Positions 51,592 to 61,571 of a stretch of DNA of 64,000 bases are shown here, in pieces. Numbering within the stretch: position 1 is the stretch's first letter; each line of letters begins with the position of its first letter. The DNA comes from Deltaproteobacteria bacterium (GTDB lineage Bacteria > Myxococcota > JACRCW01). Below the pieces are notes generated by a model, which was not told the origin of the DNA, made no database searches, and saw only the letters and a program-made list of their open reading frames with translations. The stretch is taken from assembly GCA_016218805.1 (NCBI GenBank), contig JACRCW010000128.1, positions 1 through 64,000 on the forward strand, given 5' to 3'. A program made the translations under genes and the position numbers.

Positions 51592-52371
51592 ATGAGCCAC
51601 TGGATCTGGCCGCACCTCGATGCGGCGCACTTCTTCCTCTTCGGCGTGGTGGCCGTGGCGGGTGTGTGCTGCCTGGTCGCCGCCGCCGGCTATCCGTTGG
51701 GCTGGGGCGTCCTGGTGCGGCTCGGCGGTGCCGGGTTGGTCTTCCTCGGCGTCAGTTGGCTGGTCATGGTCGTGATGATGGAAGTGGACCGGCACGGGCG
51801 CTCCGCCGGGCGCAACGAGTACCGTGGGGAGGGCATCCTCCTGGTGGCCGCCATCGTCGGTTCGGTGGTGGCGGCGGTGACGCTGGTGGTGCTGCTGGTG
51901 CAGCTTTTCCGGCGTGAGGCGGGACGCGGCCCCCCGTCCAACGCGTGGCTGTGGGCGGGCGTGGGTCTGCTGCTGGTCATTCCGTTCACCGTGGGTTCCG
52001 CCGGGTGGACCCGGGCGCGCGACCTGCGCGCGCTTCCGCTGCGCATGTTGTTGCGGGACCTCAACACGCTGGGCGCCGGCGAGCGGAAGTGGAAGGCGCT
52101 GGTGCCACGCCTGGGGCTGGACGCCCGCACCGAGTGGACGCAGCTGGTGCATGATCGGTACTCCCGTCCGGACGGTCACCTGGGCCTCCAGGAGAAGTTG
52201 GCGGACCCTGACACGCGGGCCCGGCTCCGCAGTGCGTTGGATGACCCCGATCCTGACGTCCGCCACGCCGCCAAGGTCCTCCTGGTCATTGGTGTGCCAG
52301 AGCTGCGAGTGAGGTTCACCAACGCCGTCACCGCACCTGAGCAGGGCGTACGCGAGGCACTGGACCAATAG
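51592..52371 (+). CDS. Hypothetical membrane protein (4 TM plus HEAT-like C-terminus)
   Basis: Four hydrophobic segments; LDDPDPDVRHAA; GGAGG RBS. Confidence 0.65.
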   Translation: MSHWIWPHLDAAHFFLFGVVAVAGVCCLVAAAGYPLGWGVLVRLGGAGLVFLGVSWLVMVVMMEVDRHGRSAGRNEYRGEGILLVAAIVGSVVAAVTLVVLLVQLFRREAGRGPPSNAWLWAGVGLLLVIPFTVGSAGWTRARDLRALPLRMLLRDLNTLGAGERKWKALVPRLGLDARTEWTQLVHDRYSRPDGHLGLQEKLADPDTRARLRSALDDPDPDVRHAAKVLLVIGVPELRVRFTNAVTAPEQGVREALDQ

Positions 52372-52625
52372 GCCTGAGTCCCGTGCGCCGCTCAGCGGTG
52401 ACCTTGTCAACGCGGTGGTGCGGGTCGTCGGGCTTGGCCAGGCTTGGCCACCGTCACGGCCACACGACCCGCGGACCCGGACTCACATCGCCGACCCGCC
52501 GGGACCGGTCTTGACCGGACCCGCACAGGCCCCAACCCGCGGGTCCACATCACGGACGCCCTGCCGCAAAACCCGACTGATGACGACGACGGGGCTCCGC
52601 ACCACGGGCGCGGGCGGACGTCGGC

Positions 52626-53111
52626 TCAGCTGCCGCCGTCCGCCGGGGGCGGCAGGCACAACGCCGGCGCCGTGGTGCCCGCGTCCGTCACGCCGTAGGG
52701 GACGCGCAGCAGGTCCACCTGTTCGTTGCTGCTGTCCACCACCGTGCGGCGCGGCAGGTAGGCGTACGTGGGCAGGCTCTGGCCGGGCTCCGGGTCATCG
52801 CGGATGACGGGGTCGCCCCCGCCGCACCCCAGCGAGCGCTCCACCTCGCCGTTGAGGTGGTAGGTCCCGGCGGAGCCGGTGGTGGCCTCCGCCACCACGG
52901 TGCCGTCCCGATCCCGCAGGCGCACCAGCTTCCCGCGCAGGCAGCGGAAGTCCGTGTTGTCCATGACCTGGCCGGTGAAGGCCAGCTGCACGCGGGCGTA
53001 GCAGCCGCACACCGTGGTGGCGCAAGCGGGCCCCGCGTCCACGCTGGGCGTGACGTAGCAGGCCGTGGACAGCAAGAGCGTGGACAGGCCCGGGACAAGG
53101 GGGAACCGCAT
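52626..53111 (-). CDS. Hypothetical lipoprotein
   Basis: Lipobox LLSTAC; transthyretin/carboxypeptidase-regulatory-like beta segment. Confidence 0.65.
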   Translation of the reverse strand: MRFPLVPGLSTLLLSTACYVTPSVDAGPACATTVCGCYARVQLAFTGQVMDNTDFRCLRGKLVRLRDRDGTVVAEATTGSAGTYHLNGEVERSLGCGGGDPVIRDDPEPGQSLPTYAYLPRRTVVDSSNEQVDLLRVPYGVTDAGTTAPALCLPPPADGGS

Positions 53112-53210
53112 GGCGTGTGGCCTCCGTGGAGCCCCAAGTTCAGCGGGCGCCCCCGGCGGGTGTCAATGCTCCTTGCGTGCGGGCAACGCCCCGGTACGCT
53201 GCGCGCTGGC

Positions 53211-54053
53211 ATGTTCTCCCGCCGTGAATTCTTCCAGGGGCTGCTGGCTCTGCCGCCCGTCCGCGCCATGGTGGACGAGCTGGACCAGGCGCGCACGCTG
53301 CGCCCGACGCTGCTGCGGGTGAACGTCCCGGTGCGCGGGCTGGACCGGCGGTTGGACGGGATGCGCATTGCGCAGATCTCAGACGCGCACATTGGCCTGG
53401 CGCTGGGGTTGGACCACCTGGTCAAGGCGGTGCAGCTGTTGGACGCGGACCCGCCGGACCTGCTGGCGGTCACCGGGGACCTGCTGGATGACGCGGACTA
53501 CGGGCGCGCGTGCTTTGACGTGCTGGCGCGCGTGAAGGCGCCCTACGGCCGCTTCTTCATCATGGGCAACCATGACGTGGGTGCGGGCCGGGACCGCGTG
53601 CTGGCCGCCGGGCGGCGCTGCGCGGCGTTCCGCGTCCTGGCCAATGAAGAGGTGGACGTGGAGGTCCAGGGCGCGCGCTTCCACGTCAGCGGCGTGGACA
53701 GCGCGCAGGTGCCGGGCGAATGGGACCTCAACGCCCCCCAGCTGGTGTCCTACGTCCAGCAGTCCACGCGCCGCCTGGCGGATGGGGACTTCCGCCTGTG
53801 CCTGGTGCACCACCCGGACAACTTTGACACCATCCGCGCGCGCGGCGTGGAGCTCACGCTGGCTGGTCACACCCACGGCGGGCAGCTGGCGCCGCTGGGA
53901 CCGCTGATGCAGGGCCGGATGTTCAAGTACGTGCGCGGCCTGTACACGCGCGAGGACAGCCACCTGTACGTCTCCGGCGGCACCGGCCACTGGTTCCCGC
54001 TTCGCATTGGCGTGCCGGCTGAGGTCACCGAACTCACCCTCCGCCGCGTCTGA
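53211..54053 (+). CDS. Calcineurin-like metallophosphoesterase (YkuE-like)
   Basis: SDAH, TGDLLD, MGNHD, HHPD, AGHTHGGQ; N-terminal SRREFF (Tat-like). Confidence 0.92.
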   Translation: MFSRREFFQGLLALPPVRAMVDELDQARTLRPTLLRVNVPVRGLDRRLDGMRIAQISDAHIGLALGLDHLVKAVQLLDADPPDLLAVTGDLLDDADYGRACFDVLARVKAPYGRFFIMGNHDVGAGRDRVLAAGRRCAAFRVLANEEVDVEVQGARFHVSGVDSAQVPGEWDLNAPQLVSYVQQSTRRLADGDFRLCLVHHPDNFDTIRARGVELTLAGHTHGGQLAPLGPLMQGRMFKYVRGLYTREDSHLYVSGGTGHWFPLRIGVPAEVTELTLRRV

Positions 54054-54192
54054 CCGCGCGCGCACGCACAGCGTCACGCCGCTAACGCCAGCACCCCAGC
54101 GGCGGGGGAAACCGCGCCCGCATGCGGCCCTTGCCTTGGCGCGGCGCGTGCAGCACACCTCGCCCTTCTTTGGGCACCCCGGAGGCGGCAGC

Positions 54193-56361
54193 ATGGCTTG
54201 GCGAAGGTTGGGATGGGTCCTTTCAGGACTGGCGCTGGCCGCGCCGGCGCGCGCCGGGACGTTTGATACGCGCGGCGTGTTGCACGTCAGTGCGGACGCA
54301 GCGCTGGCGCTGACGTTTGACGGGGCGCAGGAACTCATGGAGCACGGGGCGCGCCTGTATGACCAGGACATGGCGCCGCTGCCGTCGGACCTGGGTGACC
54401 TCAACGCGCACGTGGTGGCTGCCGACGGGGCGGAGCTGGAAGGGACGGGCTACTACCGCATTGTCCGGGAGTCCTTCCGGGACCCGGGGCCCGCCTACCT
54501 GTCCGTGGAGCTGCCCACGCTGGAGGGGCGCGTGCAGGTGAGCGCGTGGACGCGGGCGGACTCGGTGATCGGCACGCTGTACGCGCTGTATTCGTCCACG
54601 TCGGACGGGTCGGACGGGTTCGGGTTTGCCATGGTGCAGGCCACCTGGAGCGGGCGCCGCACGTCGGATGACTGGGTGGAGGTGACCACCGGACCGGTGG
54701 ATGCCTCCGTGCTGGGGGTGCCGCTGCGGCGGCTGGTGCTGGCCGCGGGGTTTGGCAACCTGACGCTGGACGCGCTGGAGGTGCGCCGCGTGGGTGACCG
54801 GCTGGTGCCGGACGCCGCGTGCACCATGGCCAGGGTGGAAGACGCGTGCGGGACCCGGGGCGAATGCATCTACGGCCGCTGCGTGGATGCCGCCGCGGTG
54901 TGGGGTGCAGCGCCGCAGACGGAGCTGCACCGGCGGCAATACACGCAACGGCTGGGACACATCTTTTCGCGCTTCCATGCCAACCGGGGCGCGGTGAACG
55001 CGCGCGGGGGTGACTTCCGGGCGCGGCTGGACGGGCTGGTGGGCATGGACTCGCCGCGGGAGTTCTGGGCGGGCGTGTCTGAGGCGGTGAACTTCTTCCG
55101 GGACGGCCACACCGGTCCGCCCATGCAGTACGGCCAGTTCTACAGCAGCGTCCCGTCAACGATGGGCAGCCAGCAGAGCGGAGCGCTGGGGGTGTGCCTG
55201 GGCCTGACGGAGCTGGACCTGCGGGGCGGCGGGCTGGGCGTGACGGTGTTCCGCACCGGTGCGGGGTCCAGCCTGGTGGGGTCCACCCTCCGCGTGGGTG
55301 ACGTGCTGGTGCGCGTGGATGGTGAACCGCTGGCCACCTGGCTGGCGCGCGCGGACCGCATGGGGCGCAACGTTCCCTCGGACCCGGGCGCGGACCAGCC
55401 GTATGACGTGCTGGACCTCCCCGGCATGCTGTCGGCACGGGCGGGCACGCTGGAGTTTGAACGCTGCGTTTCGGCCACGGACTGCGCCAACCCCACCGTG
55501 GTCACCGTCCCGGTGGGCGAGCCCGTCCGGACCGCGGTGCTGGCGGCGGGCTCCCTGGCCGGCGCGGTGCAGCCCGCCTCGTGCGACGGGCGGTTCAGCA
55601 ACTCCGTGTCCAGCCTGGCGCCACCGTCGGATGACGGCTCAGACGTGGTGAGCCACGAGCGCGTGGGCGAAATCACGGCGATCCAGTTTGACGGCTTTGC
55701 CGCGGACACTCCGTGGGATGACGCCATCCGCCAGTCACTGGCGGGCGCGCCGCAGTTCCTGCTGTTTGATACGCGGCTGGGCAACGGCGGCTACCTGCAG
55801 CGCGTGGAGTTCCTGCTGCACCAGCTGCGGGACAACGGCAGTCCGCAGGTGGGGCTGGGGGTGGGACGGCCGTGGCAGTCCACGGATCCCATTGGCTATT
55901 TTGATACGCAGGCGGACTGTCTGGGGGCCTCTTCCACCGACGAGCTGGGCCTGGACGCGTGCGCGCAGACCATGGGGGTGCAGACCTGGGACGCACCGGC
56001 CAGCGCGTCCGCGGCCAAGGTGGCCTGGCTGAACACGGCGGACATCAGCGGCAATGACTACGCGCCGCGCCTGCTGCAGGGGCGGCCGGGGTTCCGCATC
56101 TTTGGTCCCACGCGCACCGCGGGGGCGTTTGGTGCCATCACCACGCTGCCGCCGCTGCTGGCCTCCGAATACTACGGCGGCTCCATCCAGGTGCATGACA
56201 CCCGCTTTGCGGACAGCGCGGAGCTGCTGCTCACCGCGCGCTATGAAAGCGGCCACGGTGTGCCCCCTGACGAGGTCATCACGCAGAAGCTGTCGGACAG
56301 CCTGTCCGGGAGCGACACGATGCTTGCCCGCGCCCGCGCGTGGCTGCTGGAGACGCCATGA
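54193..56361 (+). CDS. Secreted S41-like peptidase with PDZ-like segment
   Basis: Signal peptide; FRDGHT, LRVGDVLVRVDG, LFDTRLGNGG, ISGND, RTAGA, GHGVPPD in S41 order. Confidence 0.7.
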   Translation: MAWRRLGWVLSGLALAAPARAGTFDTRGVLHVSADAALALTFDGAQELMEHGARLYDQDMAPLPSDLGDLNAHVVAADGAELEGTGYYRIVRESFRDPGPAYLSVELPTLEGRVQVSAWTRADSVIGTLYALYSSTSDGSDGFGFAMVQATWSGRRTSDDWVEVTTGPVDASVLGVPLRRLVLAAGFGNLTLDALEVRRVGDRLVPDAACTMARVEDACGTRGECIYGRCVDAAAVWGAAPQTELHRRQYTQRLGHIFSRFHANRGAVNARGGDFRARLDGLVGMDSPREFWAGVSEAVNFFRDGHTGPPMQYGQFYSSVPSTMGSQQSGALGVCLGLTELDLRGGGLGVTVFRTGAGSSLVGSTLRVGDVLVRVDGEPLATWLARADRMGRNVPSDPGADQPYDVLDLPGMLSARAGTLEFERCVSATDCANPTVVTVPVGEPVRTAVLAAGSLAGAVQPASCDGRFSNSVSSLAPPSDDGSDVVSHERVGEITAIQFDGFAADTPWDDAIRQSLAGAPQFLLFDTRLGNGGYLQRVEFLLHQLRDNGSPQVGLGVGRPWQSTDPIGYFDTQADCLGASSTDELGLDACAQTMGVQTWDAPASASAAKVAWLNTADISGNDYAPRLLQGRPGFRIFGPTRTAGAFGAITTLPPLLASEYYGGSIQVHDTRFADSAELLLTARYESGHGVPPDEVITQKLSDSLSGSDTMLARARAWLLETP

Positions 56362-57239
56362 ACACGCGCGCCACGCTTCCCCTGCTTGCCCTGGCGGCCG
56401 CCTTGGCCGCCTGCACCACGCCCTCCGCCACCGACGGCGGCCCCGACGCGGGGACCGTTGACGCGGGGGGCGCCGCGGACGGCGGCAGCGACGCCGGCGT
56501 GGTGGTCCCGGATGCGGGCCCGCCGCTGCGCACCGTGGCGGAGAACGCGCCGCTGTTTGGTGACACCTCCGCCTTCAACCTGCTCCAGGATCCCCTGTTC
56601 ACCGGGCTGTTCTCGTCCAGCATGTCGTTCTTTGGGCTGGAGACCACCAGCGGCGGGATGAACGGCGCCTACACGCTGCCGTTTGACCGGGCCACGCCGT
56701 CGCGCACGCCCGGGATGACGGTGCTGGTGCGGTCCGGCAGCGGCAAGCCCACGGCGTTGGCCATGTTTGCCGGTGGCCGCGGGCCGTTCCTGGTGGAGGT
56801 GTGGGGCGCCCTCACCGACGACGCGGGCAAACCCTACCGGTCCGATCAGATCACGGTGCGCGTGGGCGAGGCCTGGCTGGGCTCCACCCCCGGCGTCACC
56901 TGGGCGGTGCCGTACATGGAGGGGGATGACCGCGTGGTGGGCGGGCGGACCTGGTTCCGGTACGCGGCCACCGTGCCGGACAACCTGCCGTCCATGTGCC
57001 TGTTTGTGGCGGAAGGCAGCGTGGGGGGCATGGATCTGGTGCTGGCCGGCCCGCAGGTGGTCCCCCTGGAACTGCGCGAGGCCGTCCCCGGCCAGCCTCC
57101 CCGCCCGCGCACCGTGCAGGCCACGCGCGCCCGCTGGACGCCCGCGGACCTTCCCATGCTGCAGCGCGCGCGGGAGCACCTGCCGGGGCTGGCGCCGCCC
57201 GCGCTGGGGCGGCGCGAGTTGCTGCGCCCCCGCCGCTGA
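56358..57239 (+). CDS. Hypothetical lipoprotein
   Basis: Lipobox ALAAC, DAG/DGG linker; ATGA overlap with the upstream gene. Confidence 0.75.
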   Translation: MNTRATLPLLALAAALAACTTPSATDGGPDAGTVDAGGAADGGSDAGVVVPDAGPPLRTVAENAPLFGDTSAFNLLQDPLFTGLFSSSMSFFGLETTSGGMNGAYTLPFDRATPSRTPGMTVLVRSGSGKPTALAMFAGGRGPFLVEVWGALTDDAGKPYRSDQITVRVGEAWLGSTPGVTWAVPYMEGDDRVVGGRTWFRYAATVPDNLPSMCLFVAEGSVGGMDLVLAGPQVVPLELREAVPGQPPRPRTVQATRARWTPADLPMLQRAREHLPGLAPPALGRRELLRPRR

Positions 57240-57306
57240 GCGCCCGCGCGGGCCCCGGGCGCCGCCCGGTTGCAGGGTGCGCGCGGCGCGTGGTTCGCTC
57301 CGGGGC

Positions 57307-60300
57307 ATGAACGCGCGCATCCGTTGGCTACTCCCGGTCCTGTTGTCTGGACTCGCTGGCGCCTGTTCCCCCGTGGACGCGGTGCAGTCGGTGCACTTTG
57401 GGCTGCCGGGCACGTCCAAGACGCACGCGGTGATCACGCTGGAGGCGGGCACGGTGAGCCCGGGCGCCGCCTGGCGCATCCGCTCCGTGGCGCGCGTGGG
57501 TGACCACTCCGGCTCCACACAGCTGCCGGAGGGCACGCCGCGCGCCGCGCTGGACTTCCCGGTCCGGTACGCCGTCATTGCTGAGGGCCTGGAAGGCACG
57601 CTGGTGGTGGAGGTGGACGCGCTGGATGCCTCCGGCAACGCGCTGGGGCGCGCGCGCGGCCAGGTGGCACTGACGCCGCGCGCCGGCGTGTCGCTCACGC
57701 TGGTGCTCAGCCAGACGTGCACGCTGGACCCGGACTGCGACGACGGGACCTGGTGCAACGGCGTGGACCGCTGTGACCGCGGGATGTGCACGCGGGCGGA
57801 TCCGTGCCCACCGTCCGCGTTTGCCTGCGTGAGTCAGGTGGAATGCGTGGAGGCGGACCGGGCGTGCCGCTACACGGTGGACCACGCGGTGTGCGCGCAG
57901 GACGGCGGCGCCGCGTTCTCCTGCAACCCCACCGCCGGGTGCGTCCCCTGCGGTGACGGCGTGGTCAACCCGTACGGCGAGCAGTGTGACGACGGAAATG
58001 ACAACGCCAACGACGGCTGCCACGCCTGCCACCGGACGGCGTGGACGGCGGAGGTGCTGGTGGGCGCCGGTCAGCACGAAAGCCGCGCCGACCGCCTGCT
58101 GCTGGCGGTGCCGGAGGACATGGTGTTTGACCGGGCGGGGAACCTGTACGTGGCGGACTGGGGCCCCGGGCGGGTGTGGCGCCTGGAGGCGGCCACCGGG
58201 CGGGTGACCCGCGCCGCGGGCACGGGCGTGTCCGGCTTCAATGGTGACGGCGTGCAGGCCACCAGCGCGCAGCTGGCGGGCATCTTTGCGTTGACGCTGG
58301 ATGACCGCGGCAACCTCTACATTGCGGACACGGAGAACAACCGCATCCGCCGGGTGGACCGCTCCGGGCTCATCACCACGGTGGCGGGGATTGGCACGGC
58401 GGGCCTGGACCCGGACGGCATCCCGGCCACGGCGTCCCGGCTCAACGCCCCGCAGGGCGTGGCCGTCAGCGAAGCCGGCGAGGTCTACATTGCCGATACC
58501 AACAACCACCGCGTGTGCCGCGTGGAGCTCAATGGCCTGCTCACCACGGTGGCCGGCACCGGCACCGCCGGGTTCAACAATGATGACCAGCCCGCCATCA
58601 GCGCCCAGTTGGACAGCCCGGTGGACGTGGCGCTGTTTGGCGCGGAGGTGTTCATTGCGGACACGGAGAACGACCGGGTGCGCAAGGTGGATGCCGCCGG
58701 GTTCATCCGCGCGGTGGCGGGCAACGGTACCAGCGGGTTTGACTTCAATGACCGGCTGGCCACCACGGTGAAGCTGACGGCGCCCAGCGGCCTGTGCGTG
58801 GAGGCGGACGGGTCCCTGCTCATTGCGGAGGGCACGGGCAACCGGGTGCGCCGCGTGGAGGCCGGCAGCCAGTTCATCCGCGCCGTGGCCGGGGATGGCA
58901 ACCCCGGCTACACGGAGGACGGCATCCTGGCGGTGGCCGCGCAGCTCAACTTCCCTCGCTGGGTCACCACGGATGAACTGGGCAACATCTATGTGTCTGA
59001 AGAACTCAACCAGACCATCCGCCGCATTGACCACGTGGACGGCAAGATTGGCACCATGATGGGGCTGTCCGGGCCGGTGTACGCGGGCTACGGCACCAGC
59101 GCGCTGACGGCGTGGATGCAGGGCCCCAATGACGTGGCGGTGGGCCCGGACGGCAGCCTGTACGTCCCGGAGTATGAAGGCCACCGCATCCGCCGCATCC
59201 TCCCTGACGGCGGCATCACCACCGCGGTGGGCACCGGCGAGGCCGGTTATGAAAGCGACGGCGTCCCCGCCACCGAGGCGCCCATCCAGATTCCCGACGG
59301 CACGTTGGTGGACCCGCAGGGGAACATCATCTTCAGTGATTCCGGCAACCACTGCATCCGCAAGGTGGCACCCTCCGGGATCATCAGCACGCTGGCGGGC
59401 CGGTGCGGCGTGGCCGGCGCCCCGGCCAGCGGCGTGCCCGCCACCCAGGCGCTGTTCAACTACCCGGCGGGGATTGGGCAGGACGCGGCGGGGAACATCT
59501 ACGTGTCGGACAGCCAGAACCACGTGGTCCGCAAGATCACGCCGGCGGGCACCATCACCACGGTGGCCGGGGACCCCGCGTTTGATGACTACGTGGGGGA
59601 TGACGGCCCGGCGGTGGATGCGCACATCCCGCACGTCTACGGCCTGCGCGTGTCACCGGAGGGGCGCGTGTACATGGCGGATGACGAAGCGCACGTGGTG
59701 CGGATGATTGACCTGGACGGCACCATGCGCCGGCTGGCCGGTGACGGCAGCCAGGAACCCGGCTTTGCCGGGGACAACGGCCCGGCCACCTCCGCCAAGC
59801 TCAACGGGCCGGGCGGCGTGCTGGTGGACGCGCAGGGCAACCTGTTCATTGCGGACACGTTCAACCACCGGGTGCGCAAGGTGAGCCCGGTGCTGCCGGA
59901 CGGCGGGCCGTCCTCCGGCATCATCACCACGTACGCCGGCACCGGCGTGGCGGGCATTGGCGGTGACCTGGGACCGGCCACCGCGGGGACGTTCAACCGG
60001 CCGTATTACATGTCGTTCGCGGCGGACGGCGCGCTGCTCATCTCGGACTACAGCAACGGGCTGGTGCGGCGGATTGACGTGGACGGCACGCTGACCACGC
60101 TGGGGGGCACGCTGCACCTGGGGGATGGGCCGTTTGTCACCTCGGAACTGTTTGGCCCGGCGGCGCTGGCGGCGCTGGAGCCCGCGCGCCTGTGGGTGGC
60201 GGACGGGCGCAGCGGGCGGGTGCGGCAGGTGGACCTGGCGGGGCAGCTCATGGAGACGGTGGTGGGTCACCCGCGCCATGAGACGCCGGCGCTGGAAGGC

Positions 60301-61194
60301 GTCACGGAGGCGCGGCTGACGCGGCTGTTCAAGGATGCCAGCGGCGCGGCGTGGGACGGGGCGGGGCGGATCCTGTACGTGTCCGAACGCGAGGGTCACA
60401 CCATCCGCGCGGTGGAACTGGGTGACCTGGCGGACCCGGCCACGTGGCGTGCGCGGACGTACGCGGGCCAGGTGGGGACGCCGGGCGCGGTGGACGGGAC
60501 GCTGGCGGCGGCGCGGTTCCGCGCGCCCACGGCGTTGGCGTGGGACGGCGTGGCGCGGGTGCTGTACGTGGCGGAAGCGGGCAACCATGACGTGCGGGCC
60601 ATCCGCGTGGACGCCCCGGACGAGGGCACCTGCGTGACCACGCTGGTGAACGCACGGCACGCGCGCGGCTTCCGCGGTGAAGGCCCCACGGTGACTGACG
60701 GCGGCGGCGAGGTGCCCTACCCGGCGCTGGACGCCGCGCTGGACAGCCCGGAGGGTCTGGCGCTGGGCCTGGACGGGTCGCTGTACATTGGTGACACGGG
60801 CAACCACCGCGTGCGGCGGGTGAACCTGGCGGACGGGAGCATCCGCACGGTCATTGGGGACGGCATCCCGGCGGCCTCCGGCATTGGCGCGCCGGCGCGG
60901 TTCTTCCCGGTGGACAGCCCGCGGGGCCTGGCGGTGGACGCCCAGGGCAACCTGTTCATCACCTCCGCCTACGCCATCCGCGTGGTGAGCCCGCAGGCGC
61001 CGTCCAACGTGGTGTCCGGCCAGGACGGCGAAACCGTGGGGACCATCTACGGCGCGGCGCCGCGGGACGCCTACCCGGAGAGCGTCACGCGCTGCCTGTC
61101 TGACGTGGACCTGGCGGCGGACGGCCGCGTGGCGTGGGTGCTGGACGCCTGTCAGGGCTTCCTGGTGCGGCTGCAGCGCGCGGAGCTGCCCTGA
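57307..61194 (+). CDS. NHL-repeat (beta-propeller) surface lipoprotein with Cys-rich region
   Basis: Lipobox LAGAC; CDDGTWCNG and EQCDDGN Cys repeats; many GNLYIADTxNxRIRRV...TVAGxG repeats. Confidence 0.9.
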   Translation: MNARIRWLLPVLLSGLAGACSPVDAVQSVHFGLPGTSKTHAVITLEAGTVSPGAAWRIRSVARVGDHSGSTQLPEGTPRAALDFPVRYAVIAEGLEGTLVVEVDALDASGNALGRARGQVALTPRAGVSLTLVLSQTCTLDPDCDDGTWCNGVDRCDRGMCTRADPCPPSAFACVSQVECVEADRACRYTVDHAVCAQDGGAAFSCNPTAGCVPCGDGVVNPYGEQCDDGNDNANDGCHACHRTAWTAEVLVGAGQHESRADRLLLAVPEDMVFDRAGNLYVADWGPGRVWRLEAATGRVTRAAGTGVSGFNGDGVQATSAQLAGIFALTLDDRGNLYIADTENNRIRRVDRSGLITTVAGIGTAGLDPDGIPATASRLNAPQGVAVSEAGEVYIADTNNHRVCRVELNGLLTTVAGTGTAGFNNDDQPAISAQLDSPVDVALFGAEVFIADTENDRVRKVDAAGFIRAVAGNGTSGFDFNDRLATTVKLTAPSGLCVEADGSLLIAEGTGNRVRRVEAGSQFIRAVAGDGNPGYTEDGILAVAAQLNFPRWVTTDELGNIYVSEELNQTIRRIDHVDGKIGTMMGLSGPVYAGYGTSALTAWMQGPNDVAVGPDGSLYVPEYEGHRIRRILPDGGITTAVGTGEAGYESDGVPATEAPIQIPDGTLVDPQGNIIFSDSGNHCIRKVAPSGIISTLAGRCGVAGAPASGVPATQALFNYPAGIGQDAAGNIYVSDSQNHVVRKITPAGTITTVAGDPAFDDYVGDDGPAVDAHIPHVYGLRVSPEGRVYMADDEAHVVRMIDLDGTMRRLAGDGSQEPGFAGDNGPATSAKLNGPGGVLVDAQGNLFIADTFNHRVRKVSPVLPDGGPSSGIITTYAGTGVAGIGGDLGPATAGTFNRPYYMSFAADGALLISDYSNGLVRRIDVDGTLTTLGGTLHLGDGPFVTSELFGPAALAALEPARLWVADGRSGRVRQVDLAGQLMETVVGHPRHETPALEGVTEARLTRLFKDASGAAWDGAGRILYVSEREGHTIRAVELGDLADPATWRARTYAGQVGTPGAVDGTLAAARFRAPTALAWDGVARVLYVAEAGNHDVRAIRVDAPDEGTCVTTLVNARHARGFRGEGPTVTDGGGEVPYPALDAALDSPEGLALGLDGSLYIGDTGNHRVRRVNLADGSIRTVIGDGIPAASGIGAPARFFPVDSPRGLAVDAQGNLFITSAYAIRVVSPQAPSNVVSGQDGETVGTIYGAAPRDAYPESVTRCLSDVDLAADGRVAWVLDACQGFLVRLQRAELP

Positions 61195-61354
61195 AAGGCA
61201 GCCGGGCTGGCGCTCAGCGGGCCCCATTCGGCGGCGGAAGCGAGACACCTTCTGGGGGAAGATGACCTGTGGGGCCGGCGTCCCGCCGGCCGCAGACTGG
61301 CCCAGCCACCTACATTTGGTTACGAGGCGCCCCCCTTCGACTACCAAGGCGGGT

Positions 61355-61569
61355 GGGTGCCGGCACGGAGGTGGGTGGGTGCCGGCATGGAGGTGGCTGG
61401 GTGCCGGCATGGAGGTGGCTGGGTGCCGGCGCGGAGGTGGCTGGGTGCCGGCATGGAGGTGGCTGGGTGCCGGCGCGGAGGCGGGTGGGTGCCGGCGCGG
61501 AGGTGGGTGGGTGCCGGCGCGGGGGCGGGTGGGTGCCGCCATGGAGGTGGGTGGGAGCCGCCGTGGAGG
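61355..61569. repeat. 22-bp tandem repeat array (consensus GGGTGCCGGC[AT/GC]GGAGGTGG[C/G]T)
   Basis: Ten units starting at 61355, 61377, 61399, 61421, 61443, 61465, 61487, 61509, 61531, 61553, between convergent genes. Confidence 0.95.
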
Positions 61570-61571
61570 GC

